Position numbers and translations under genes: made by a program. A stretch of 64,000 nt of DNA, from contig NC_043008.1 of assembly GCF_006345805.1 (NCBI RefSeq), positions 20,460,001 through 20,524,000 on the forward strand, read 5' to 3'. This document shows positions 51,967 to 64,000 of the stretch, one piece after another; position 1 is the stretch's first letter; each line of letters starts with the position of its first letter. Under the pieces are notes generated by a model. The model was not told the DNA's origin and made no database searches. It saw only the letters and a list, made by a program, of their open reading frames with translations. The stretch is from Octopus sinensis. Its lineage: Eukaryota.

Positions 51967-52638
51967 AGTTTCAGTCTCTTACCTTATTATTATTATTATT
52001 ATTATTATTAACTTCTTATAACGATCAATAATAATGACCTTTTTGACTCGTATTACTCTAAATGTATATTTTTGTCACTACCTTTCATAAATAGTCTTTT
52101 TATACCTGCAATATGCATTTTCGTTGACTTTTCTTATTTTACCCTTACACTTCCGCATGTATTTTATATTTTTTTCAAAGCATATTTCTACTGTATATAT
52201 ATATATATATATTTATTGATTTATGTATCTATAGAGAGAATATAATAGATTTCTATTATATTTCTTTCTACTAGGTTTCTAACAGTTCATAAAGGAATTA
52301 TAAATGTATATAAAACTGAATTTATATGTTCTAAAAAAGACAGGTTTGGAAAATATAAAGAATGTAGGAAATATTTATATTCATCGTGTGTAGGCATGTA
52401 AATGTTGGTGTGTATTCGTTTCTACCATTGTTAAAAACGGGGCAGCTATGTTATTATCCGTGTGATGTTATATATGCGTGCATGAGAATGGCGCGTGTGT
52501 GTAGATGTATATGGATATACATATATATATATATTATATATATATATATGGATATACATATATATATATATAATATAATATATATATATATATATGGATA
52601 TACATATATATATATATATTATATATATATATATATGG

Positions 52639-52675
<37 letters not shown>

Positions 52676-52809
52676 TATATATATATATATGATATATATA
52701 TAATTTGTAATTCCTTTTTGAACTGTTAGATATATATGATATATATGTTATATGCAAATAAATATGTATGTATATGTGTATGTATGTATATATATAAGTT
52801 TTCAAATTT

Positions 52810-53035
52810 ACAGAAAACAAAAAGTCGAAAACAGGTGTAGGAACAATATGAAGGTTTATCAGTTTAAAGCTTGGGAAGAATGAATGGAAAAGTCTTTTAC
52901 ATTTCGAGCATACCCTCTTCGACAGAAAGCATTGACAAAGAAAAGAAAATTAATGAAATGAAAAAAAAAAAACGGGAAGAGAAAAAGAATTGTTTTTAAG
53001 GATTAACGGTTCAACATGACGAAACAGTCAGCAGA
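52810..53035 (-). mobile_element. Penelope-like terminal-repeat fragment with a hammerhead remnant
   Basis: Minus strand 52925-52897 reads CTGTCGA-A-GAGG-GTAT-GCTC-GAAAT-GTA. Confidence 0.45.
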
Positions 53036-53813
53036 AGATTGAATAAAATCGACGTAATTACGTTGACCCGGCCGAACGAATTTATATATACGTATATGTC
53101 AGTTGTTACTCCTGCACTGGGGCTGTTCGAGCTTAGCCCGAGTATAAATTTAGTAAAGTGAGTGTGTATTTGCAAGCTGATTTATTTCCTAAAACACTGA
53201 CTTCAAGTATGCAATTGCAGCCAATAACTCGGTCTCCGTTTATTGAGCCTGGTTGCAGTTCAGCGTCTGACTGTCGTCTTAGAGTTGCTCTGTGTCAAAA
53301 AATATCACTCGTAGCAGACGTCCTCCCACCATCATTCGCAGGTGCTTGACTCAGGTTCAGAAGTTAAAACCCGAGTTGTTATGTATGATCGTAAAAATTT
53401 AAAAAGAAATTCAAATTCAATGTTTTCTTGAAAAAATAAATTTCTGTAGAGAGTAGGATTTAATTTCCAATCTATCAAACGTTTCCGTTCTAAAATATTC
53501 TTAAAGAACGAAAAGTTGCTCAGCAACTCAGGCTAATGCGAACGGGCCTGGTAGGTATACAACACTAACTGGCATCTCTAGAGAAGAGTACATGCGACAG
53601 TCAGATCGCTAATGTTTGTTGTGTACTCGTTATCGGTATTTGATTGCCATTATTTTCTGCGTGTATGTCAAGATCAGTTGTGTTTTGCAGGGTTGCTTTA
53701 TTTCAACCTTTAACTTAGAAATGGAGAAACGGCGTCCCGTTTGACCGATGTACAGAGGTACAGAGAAGGACAGAAAGAGCAGCAGATGCGTTAAATGACG
53801 TTGATAGACGTGC

Positions 53814-53847
<34 letters not shown>

Positions 53848-53874
53848 TTTATTTAAAGCAGCAGAAAATTCAAC

Positions 53875-53921
53875 AAAACCTGTTACTCTGAGTTTCCCGT
53901 TGCCGTTCATCGGACAGTTTT
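53875..53921 (-). ncRNA. Minimal type I hammerhead-like motif (U4->C variant)
   Basis: AAAACTGT-CCGATGA-ACG-GCAA-CGG-GAAAC-TCAGAG-TA-ACAGGTTTT: stem I pairs, GNRA loop II, near-palindromic stem III, GUA triplet. Confidence 0.6.
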
Positions 53922-53974
53922 TGCTAGAATATATATATACATATACTTTATTTAAAAAAGCAGCAGAAATATAA

Positions 53975-54022
53975 CAAAAGATGTTACTCAGAGTTTCACG
54001 TTCCCGTTCGTCGGGCAGTTTT
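53975..54022 (-). ncRNA. Minimal type I hammerhead-like motif (U4->C variant)
   Basis: CCGACGA-ACG-GGAA-CGT-GAAAC-TCTGAG-TA; perfect 3-bp stem II with a GGAA loop; stem I partly mutated. Confidence 0.55.
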
Positions 54023-54624
54023 GTTAAACAAAACTGTCCGACGAACGTGAAACTCTGGAGTAACAGCTTTTGTTATATTTCTGCTGCTATTAAATAAAGC
54101 ATAATCATCATCATCATCATTGTTCGACCGTGGTCGAGACTTTCATAGTCTTTTCAAATGGCTAATAATGTGTGCGCGCGCCACTACTACACACATAATA
54201 CTCTACCTCTGGTATTTGAGTACTCTTTTTTCCACTTTCATTTACATTTATGTGCTTACTCCGGTATACATATATATATAAATATATACATATATATACA
54301 TACATACTTGACTTGTGTATATTAACGACTACCGAGAGAAGTAATACTAGTAGAAGAAAATATAGTGTGAACAATTGCGCAATAGCGACGCTTTGAATAC
54401 ATTAGACACATTTTTCTCCAATTTTTTTTCTGGAACAAATTACTTTGCAAAGAAATGATAGCCATGTAACCAACGGCGTCATATGGTGGTAGACGTGTAG
54501 AACATATAACAACCACCAGCATTCAGTAGTAATCAGATGGATGAAACTCGACTAAAACAAGACCTAGCCGAAGATCACACTAGCATCTAAGTTAAACCGT
54601 ATGGATAACTCTCTTTACTATCCC

Positions 54625-54998
54625 TTTTACTTTTTTCAGTCATTTGACTCTGGCCATGCCGGAGCACCGCCATTAGTCGAGCGAATCGACCCTAGGACTT
54701 ATTCATTGTAAGCATACTACTTATTCTATCGGTCATTTTTGCCGAACCGCTAATTTACGGGAACGTAAATACACCAGCATAGGTTGTCAAGCGATGTTGG
54801 GCGGACAAACACAGACACATGAATATACACATACACCCCCCCATATATATACAAATATACGACGGGCTTCTTCCAGTTTCCGTCTACCAAATCCACTCAC
54901 AAGGATTTGGCCTACCCGTGGGTGCGACGCAGTGGGATTGAATCCGGTACCAACTGGTTGGTAAACAAGCTACTTACCACACAGCCACTCCTACGCCT
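54625..54998 (-). mobile_element. SINE family B
   Basis: Reverse complement of the 62588 copy with a deletion in the CORE region. Confidence 0.9.
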
Positions 54999-57900
54999 AA
55001 ACCACATTTAAATTAAGGCAAACAGGATTGAACGCCCAGCTAGCACCTACGATGCACAATTTGAATTTTTGTGTGCGGTACGTACATTTTTGAGGATAGT
55101 GTTACATGATACAACCCAATTATTAGCTACTTTGAATAATTATCTCATTATTTAGGTATTTGAATTCGACCTTATATCAGTTATGGAAGCACATATGTTC
55201 ATTGCAATCCGAAATATTCTCTTATCAACAATACATGTCAGGAACAAAATGATCATTTTTGCAATAGCAACATCAAGTCTTGTGGCTAAGCTTCTACTTT
55301 TCACCATTGAGTGATCTTTACATTCACTTTTAAAAATGCCTCTAACGATAATTCACCATTCAAATTGTAATGTATTGCCATGGAGCATATTGAGTCAGCT
55401 AACCATGTGTATTAAGTTTAATCGAGGAAATATTTGAATTGAAGAAGGTATTTGAATTCAATGGATCGCAAATACGGGTATATAAATGAAATTGACAGAT
55501 CTTTTGGTTGAATTACGATGGTATTTTCAGGTGAATGGCGTTTAATTCCCTGTGTTGTACCAATCTGAGATGAAATTAATGAAAGTTCCAAGAGCTTTAG
55601 GAAGAAATTCGAATCATGCGTCTCACCAAAAATATGTGCATTCAACCGACAGCAAGCGATATAGAGGAAATTTTGTATAGAACTGAATAACGAAAATAAC
55701 TATAGTGGTAAAGCCTACCTAGAATATAAATTCCAGATGCTTTGTGTTTTATGGAGAACAGCAAAGAGGCTTTTGCAGCAGCAATATCTTACCAGAGTTC
55801 CAAAGAAATTTCATGTGTGCAGATTAGCTGAGCGACTTTGGAGTTCTTTGTTATTTCAAAAACCTCAACTTCTACACAAATGAATTTTTAAACAGAGCAT
55901 TGTTTAGAGGAAATGGCTCCATACGGAATTTTAAAGTCCAATCCTCATACTGTACCCATGTATACATATTGCATTGGGAATTCTTATGGGATTATTCTAG
56001 GTTGTCCTTCATTCTTCCAAATTAAAAAGGTATTTGTGGATTCATAGTCTGTGGAGAACATTTACTTTAGTTTTTTTTTTCATAGGTAATCTAATTACGT
56101 TTAGACAATACTTAAATATTGTCGTCTAGTTTTGGGAAGTTCTTTGCCATATACAAATAAATGCTTCAACATGAATTATGAAGAACAGATAGGATGAAAC
56201 CAATTAACTGTCTAAAGTTTGCTACTCTATGTGAAAGGCCTCTCCGAAAAAAGCCTCAACAGAACTGTTATTTACACTGTTATTGGAGATGGCAAACGGA
56301 AATGGGAATGGTAATTTATACCATGGGGCTTCAAATATAGTCAAATGGCCTTGTGCCTTTATAATTTCATAAAACTCAAAGCCAAACTATGGTAATTATC
56401 AGAGTTTATTCACAGAACAATGACTGGTTCCCTCAGGTTAAGTTTATGTAATCATATGCACAAAACAACATTGGACATCGCAGTTTTGTAGAAGCCAAGA
56501 AGGAAAATATAATTTTACACAAAATATAATTTTACACAACACATAGTACATATAGAAGGAAATTCTGTGGAGGAATAGCTAATCCTTTTTCTCTAGATTA
56601 CACACTGATTTTTGTTTCTCTTTTACCTCTCTTGCCATCTATGGTTATCAATACAGGTCTTCAAACAAACTTTACCTCATTATTTTCTTTAATACATATG
56701 TCATAAAAGATGGCTTTCTGAAAGCATAAAAGTATATATGTTCAAAAGCATGCAATAAAATTAGTCTTTGGTCCACAATAGTGATATGCCACTGGATGGA
56801 TTGCTGTTTACTCCCAAACTGTTACATACAACATTTCGAGACATTTCCCACGATAGTGGTTATAACATAGTGCATTGTTTTGAAACTCAGATTTTCACTA
56901 AATACACGAGCACGCATGCGTGTGTGGCGCATGTGTGTGTGTCTACATCCGTGTGTCCGTATATATTCATGTACGTATATGTGTATGCATTTATATATAT
57001 GTATGTATTAGTTTTAAACCTTTTAGGAAAATGACGATACGAAAATTAAGGCAACACTGATTGGTATCAAAATGATACAGTATAGTGTTATTCTTTGTTA
57101 ATTATCAAGGATTCCAATCTGAAATGCTCAGCTTTACCTGACTGACTGGTAAAATATAGACAATTTCATAGTAAAAACCGTCTTGCAAAACCTATAACGT
57201 AGGCGTCAACAATTAGGCTGCTCCGGGTACTTTATTGAACTCAGTTCAAAGGTGCTTTGGGGCTGTAGGGTTGGCTGTAAGGGTGTGTGGGTGTACATTA
57301 AGCAGTACAGATACTTCCCCTGAAATCCTTAGTTTGCCGTGTTATGTTGATATGCTAAGGGAGTTTGTATTTGAAATAGTCGCAATTCCGATTGCGGAGT
57401 TTGAAACAAGTAAGTAGCATATTGTCTTGACTCGGGCAACAGCCCATAGTTAAAATAATTTAGATAGAAATTCAGTTGAAATTTTTCGGGTCAAAGGAGT
57501 AACGTTTATTATACATTGTTACACTGATTTTGTTTATGGGTACACGCGGCTATAGAACAGTCAGCCGTTTATAATTTGATTCAGTGAGTTGTTAGTTCAG
57601 CTGATTAAATAACACAATGCTCATCGTCTTAATAGATGGAGACCCATCCGCATTACGTAATTATATTTTCCAAGATCACCGAAAAACTTTCATTAATAAG
57701 TTTAGGTTATAGAAAATTAATTCCCCAGATATATATAATCGCATGAATTCATAAATAAAATATTAAGCTGGATTTTTTTTTCTACAAAATTCTACTTAAT
57801 AATAATTCAGCGACAACTCTAATTATCGCATTTATATTATTTATATTTTATCAGCTTCGATTAATATTACTTAATTAGAATTCAAGTCAGCCATTTTGAG

Positions 57901-58165
57901 CCAATTTCACCTTTTGGGTACATTTTGGTAAGTTTTCATGCTTTTAAATAAGAATTTTTTTTATCAAAATTTACGATAAAAATTTCATTAATTTGAAAGC
58001 TTATATATTAAGCAGAATCCATTTTAGCAATTTCATATTATCGCAGATATTACTTAATATCCTATCGTTTACTGTAAATGCCAAGTGACTCCTCCACGCG
58101 TGAAATACAATGAATATTAGATTCTAGTTTCTAAAATATTTCTCGTATGAAATCCGATCAACATC

Positions 58166-58242
<77 letters not shown>

Positions 58243-58369
58243 TATATATACATATAAAGTAAAATAAAAATTAGAGAAAAAAAACACTATTATGCAATTC
58301 AAACAATGATAGACATAAACCAAATCATAAATAAAAAATATATATTTTTATCAAACATATAACTAGATC

Positions 58370-58408
<39 letters not shown>

Positions 58409-58879
58409 CATATGTGTATATGCACTTATGTATGTGTATCTTGGTGTGCCTGAATTTGCGTGGTTGTGTTCAAAGCTGTGTATGTATCCGTAAATGTGCG
58501 CTACATTGTTGATATCATCAATGTAGCCCGTGTGGATAGGAGCTGCTGACCTTCACGTGTGTGTCTGTGCATGTGTATGTGTTTGTGTATGTATATATAT
58601 GTGAGCATGTGTATGCATATATGTGTGTGTGTGTATGTTTAGAGAACCATCACTCACTTTACGTGACGGCTGATATCGTTCAAATATCAAAATGTGGCGG
58701 AAGATTCAGTTAACCAATGAAACGGTATCCAAAGAGGAGTTTTACCTGATATATATTTCCCATATTTATTTGAAATGTTAATTTGTTTACAGTGTTCGCG
58801 ATGAACTATTACTTCTCCTTGACAATATTTTAGTATTTGTTCACTTGTATGTTTGTTATGTTCAAAGGGGAGTATCTTG

Positions 58880-59520
58880 TGCTTGATGTCTTGCAAACAA
58901 CTTGCACATGCAAGTGCTACCAGTTAAAAGCTCCGTATACCGGAAGCTAGCAAGTGTATGGGGTCATCAGGAGAGAATGCGCGCCGTTTCGGGGCCTACC
59001 TCTCGACGGCATCAATGCGCACCGGCTCCCCTCACTGATATGAGGCCCCGCTTGCTAGATCAGCTGGTTATGAAGAACTCAATATACTTCTAGCCATCGC
59101 TCATCGTCTCTTTTTAACAAAATCCAGTGGCTAGCCTTCTCCACTGTAGATTGGATATCAGTCATGGTGGTATTGACTTTACGATGTTTTAGGCCTAGCG
59201 ATAACAACAGTCGTCTCACGCTGTGTCCAACAAACCCTCTACATCCGACTTCGATAGGAAAATGTTCCGCTTTCCAGCCTGCGTCTTCACATTCCTTGAG
59301 GAGGTTTTCATAACGGTTCAATTTTCCAGCCCGAGCGGCGTCCATATTATCTTCATGAGGAACCGTTAGCTCGACTATATTTACAACTTTCTTTCTTTCA
59401 CACCACATCAAAATATCTGGTTTTTTCGTAACTGGGATGGGAAAGAAAACCTGGCACCCAGGTAAATCAACGAGTTCAATGCTCTTACATCCGCGAACAA
59501 CATAAATGACCTGTCTAAGG
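58880..59520 (-). mobile_element. HERO-like RLE-clade non-LTR retrotransposon 3' fragment (restriction-like endonuclease plus 3' UTR)
   Basis: VTKKPDILMWCERKKVVNIVELTVPHEDNMDAARAGKLNRYENL..EC...GW.....IEVGCRGFVGHS..., a PD-(D/E) endonuclease fold with EVGCRGF. The ORF ends at 59079, followed by a GC-rich UTR. Confidence 0.8.
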
Positions 59521-59574
59521 TAAAATATAGTTTTTATAGCAACCAGTTGTTATACTTAGCGGTATCTTCTTGGC

Positions 59575-59876
59575 GGAGGGGCAATGGCCCAGTGGTTAGG
59601 GCAGCGGACTCGCGGTCATAGGATCGCGGTTTCGATTCCCAGACCGGGCGTTGTGAGTGTTTATTGAGCGAAAACACATAAGCTCCACGAGGCTCTGGCA
59701 GGGGATGGTGGTGATCCCTGCTATAATCTTTCACCACAACTTTCTCTCACTCTTACTTCCTGTTTCTGTTGTACCTGTATTTCAAAGGGCCGGTCTTGTC
59801 ACTCTCTGTGTCACGCTGAATATCCCCGAGAACTACGTTAAGGGTACACGTGTCGTAACCGACGGAGTGCTTCCCT
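59575..59876 (+). mobile_element. SINE family A with an internal 3' deletion
   Basis: Intact A and B boxes; jumps from GGTACACGTGTC to GTAACCGACGGAGTGCTTCC. Confidence 0.9.
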
Positions 59877-60799
59877 AATCCTCTCGGTGAATTGCGAACA
59901 CTACTTCTCTGTTATTGGCAAATAAAATATTTTCGGAAAATCTACTCAGTCAACATTCTAATAAAAGCTAGATGATACAAATAAATATACGAGTATTTCC
60001 AATTGTATGCAGACCATTTGCAGTATTCTTCTACCATATTCATGTTATTAGCAGAAACAGTATATTGGTATTTTTTTAAATACATTTTTATTCGTTCGAT
60101 TTTTTTTTTTTTTGATACTAAGTTTTGCCAATATCACGCCGTTCTGTTTTTTGGAATATATTATATTTTCCCCGGACAACTGTCACACTCATGAACGTAT
60201 TCAAAAATCTATTCATATTTACTGCATCTTTCATTTTTTGTTTGTTTGTTCGTTTTTTTTTTTCTTTTTCTCCTGTCTGTGTGGTAAAAATCAGAGACAT
60301 GACTAATCTAAGAAAACAAGACGAAAATAAGAATTGATATTTGAAATCTGTCATTTCATCACCTTGAGGATACTAACACCAGGAATCATATCTATTGAGT
60401 TGAAGAAATAAATCATATTTCTCAAAGTTTATGTATTGTTATTTTGACTGCAAGTTCACTGAAGATATTGACATTTGGAAATTTGGTGTGTATGACACAA
60501 TAGTGTTATTCCACATGTCCATCTCCATGGCACCAACTTTTGAGAATAGTGTTCGCCTGTCATTTCAACATAAAATGCATAAAATGAGGAGCCCTACTTG
60601 TAATACAGATACACAGCAACATTGATAAGGGCCAACGTCTAAAACCATAGGCCAAAAACAAGACCAACGTTATCTTATTTTTAAACATGAAAAGAATTGT
60701 GTTATCGAACCATCACTGGACACGGTTGATTGATTTTGAACGAAGAATCAAGTACAATAAAAAATTTCAATCTTTAAAGTATTCGATCCGGTATATAAA

Positions 60800-61310
60800 T
60801 TTTCTTCTTCTTCTTCTTCTTTCTTCTTTTCTTTTCCTCCTTTCTTTCTTCATTTCTACTGTCTGCCTCTTCACCTTCTACTCTTAATTCTCCTTTCCCT
60901 CCATGTTTCCCCTTTTTCTTTCTTCTTCATCTTGTCCTTGAAAATCTTACTCCCTCCTGCTCCGCCTCATCCTCTTTCTTCGTCTTCTTCTTCTTTTTCT
61001 TCGTCTTCTTCTTCTTCTTCTTCTTCTTCTTCGTCTTGTCTTTCTTGTATTCCTTCTTTTTTAACCGTCTTCTCTTTCCTCTTTCTCTCTTCCTCCTCCT
61101 CTCCTTCTTCCTTCTCTTTTACTTCTTGCCTTTCTTGTTTTCTCTTTTAAGCATCTCCTCGTTCCTCATTCTCTCCCCACTTCCTCTTTCTTCTTGTTGT
61201 TCTTTTTTCCTTCTTTTTAACCGTCCCCTTCTTCCTCTTTCTCTCTTTCCCCTCGTCCTCCTCCACTTCCTCCTCCTCCTCCTCCTTCATTTCCACCTTC
61301 AACTTTTCTT
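60800..61310. repeat. ~500-bp polypyrimidine/(TTC)n low-complexity tract
   Basis: Read directly; almost purine-free on the + strand. Confidence 0.9.
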
Positions 61311-61882
61311 AACTTCAACATTTCATATAAACCATCGTCTGAACGAGTGTCTTGAACAATCATGTAAATGTGGAATTTGATTCTATCATTGAAGTATCTC
61401 ATTTGAGAGTTAGGCAAAGTTTTTCCTTTTTGCTTTGTTTTATTTTTATCTCAGCGATTGTCAGTAATAAATGGTGGGGTAAAAATTTACTTCACATACA
61501 GTGATATATGTCAAGAAAACTTGTGAAGGTGATAAAACTTATTGAGTGCCAATATATAACATTTTATTTTAGGTGTAAAACGTAGTTACGTTTATGTGGT
61601 TCACGCCTGTCAGCCATATTGGAAGCGTGCCAGCAATGAGGGAGAAACAGCGTTAAAAGTTGAGGGAGGAATCAAATCTGCTTTTAACACCAAAACAATA
61701 CAGAATATTTTTATTTAATTTAATAAAATCATACTCATTCAAACACACATACACACAGATTTAGCCGCATTCACACAGAGAATATATACTCAAGTATTGT
61801 AGCTAAAGATTTATATATCTTTCGTGTGTATAATATATATATATATACATACACACACATATATATATATATATGTATATAT

Positions 61883-61931
<49 letters not shown>

Positions 61932-62587
61932 TGTACATATGTATGTATATATGTATATGTTTGTGCGTGTGTGTCTCTGCAAATACATGTGTTATATATG
62001 CATGTACGTATAAGATATATATATATATATGTATATATATACATATATATATATATATACGTATGTATATATGTATATTCCAAACGCTGAAACAGCTTTA
62101 AGAGTGATTTTAATGATTCCAATAATTTATATTAAGGTTTTTTATAATTGTATTCTTATCTTATATGTATTGAATTTTAATGTATATATGTATGTTATTG
62201 TGGTTCTCGTTTTGTTAAATATATAAGTCAACACTCTAATATCCTAAAGCTGATAAACCAACTAAATTGTTTCTCCATTTTCTTATTTGTATTATATATA
62301 TGTGTAAATCTATATATATATAGAATGTTTGTGATACGTGCGTTAATTTACCAACTGATGGCTGCTAGGAAACAGGTTTCTACTCCCCAACGTAGACCTT
62401 ATGTCTCTACAAACCAGAGAAAAAAACTGTTTTAAGCAGATATCTTTGAGGAAGCGGCATTTAATTAAAGAAATTCTCGGCCTATTCATGAAGTACGATG
62501 CACGCTTTAAGACTAGGTAACGCCGATTTTTATTCTAATAAATGAGATACGTTCTATCTTATTTCCTATGAATGTCGAATATTATAA

Positions 62588-62750
62588 GGCGTAGGAGTGG
62601 TTGTGTGGTAAGTAGCTTGCTTTCCAACCACATGGTTCTGGGTTCAGTCCCACTGCGTGGCACCTTGGGCAAGTGTCTTCTACTATAGCCTCGGGTCGAC
62701 CAAAGCCTTGTGAGTGGATTTCGTAGACGGAAACTGAAAGAAGCCTGTCG

Positions 62751-62826
<76 letters not shown>

Positions 62827-63050
62827 TGTGTGTGTGTTTGTGTGTCTGTGTTTTTCGCCCCCACTATCGCTTGACAACTGATGCTGTTATGTTTACGTCC
62901 CCGTAACTTAGCGGTTCGGCAAGAAAAACCGATAGAATAAGTACTAGGCTTACAAAGAATAAGTCCTGGGGTCGATTTGCTCGGCTAAAGGCGGTGCTCC
63001 AGCATGCCCACAGTTAAATGACTGAAACAAGTAAAAGAGTAAAAGAGTAA
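62588..63050 (+). mobile_element. Full-length SINE family B (young-looking)
   Basis: Complete head, CORE-like motif, (TA)n(TG)n and tail ending (AAAAGAGT)x2. Confidence 0.95.
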
Positions 63051-63364
63051 GGTGCCACTAAGAGGATACGTGGGAAATACCCGGAAAATAAAGGTTTTTG
63101 GTAATTTTCATCATCACATTTAAAATGTTTTATTGGAAATGGTGTAGAGACATGAGTGTGTGTTTAAATTTTTTGCTTTGCTATCACATGGTTCAGAGTT
63201 CAAATCTACTTTAATTCGGGGATGACCAATATCTTTGGATGTATTTGGTAACTGGATAGAAAACCGCTGCATCTGTGTTTGTGTGTATGTGTGTGTGTGT
63301 CTCCGAAAATAACTAAGAAACAAGAGCTCATGTATTAGAATGTTTGCTTAATCCTGGACCGAGT

Positions 63365-63948
<584 letters not shown>

Positions 63949-64000
63949 TATATATGAAAGACAAATTTCCAGTGAAGTTTACATTCTATTTGGCCGTTTA

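Larger units (their letters stand above)
53846..54270. mobile_element. Palindromic repeat carrying three hammerhead-like motifs
   Basis: Minus-strand half copy at 53846-53922, inverted pair at 53946-54099, and a 3' extension to ~54270 shared with the 24394 copy. Confidence 0.75.

Noticed and set aside
57360-57452. Minus-strand short ORF starting MGCC (lipidation-like motif)
   Set aside because: Only 30 codons, with no usable splice donor or other support.
58955-59060. GAAAC...CTGATGA (minus strand) in the HERO-like 3' UTR as a permuted hammerhead or HDV ribozyme
   Set aside because: Stem II cannot pair (CCCC against CCCC), and no HDV P3/L3 geometry was found; kept only as a hairpin.

Overview
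This is a very AT-rich, repeat-saturated eukaryotic window. The SINE families and the dense (TA)n/(TG)n/(AAT)n/(GATA)n microsatellites suggest a cephalopod such as Octopus (inference). No intact host protein-coding gene can be identified, and nearly all supplied ORFs are translated microsatellites or SINEs. The recognisable coding remnants are all decayed transposons: Tc1/mariner (5 elements plus a MITE fragment), pogo, CR1-group LINEs (4), a Penelope-like RT, and two RLE-clade non-LTR elements (R4/Dong-like and HERO-like). There are also three non-autonomous Helitrons and about 30 SINE copies. The most unusual signal is a set of minimal type I hammerhead-ribozyme motifs in at least four unrelated repeat families. 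The best is a TSD-flanked 1.4-mer of a 354-nt structured unit with an intact hammerhead core (49843-50339, retrozyme-like). The others are inverted 'ambisense' hammerhead pairs (53846-54270) and a head-to-head tRNA-headed palindrome with hammerhead-like tails (45043-45588). All family assignments come from motif recognition by eye, not database searches.
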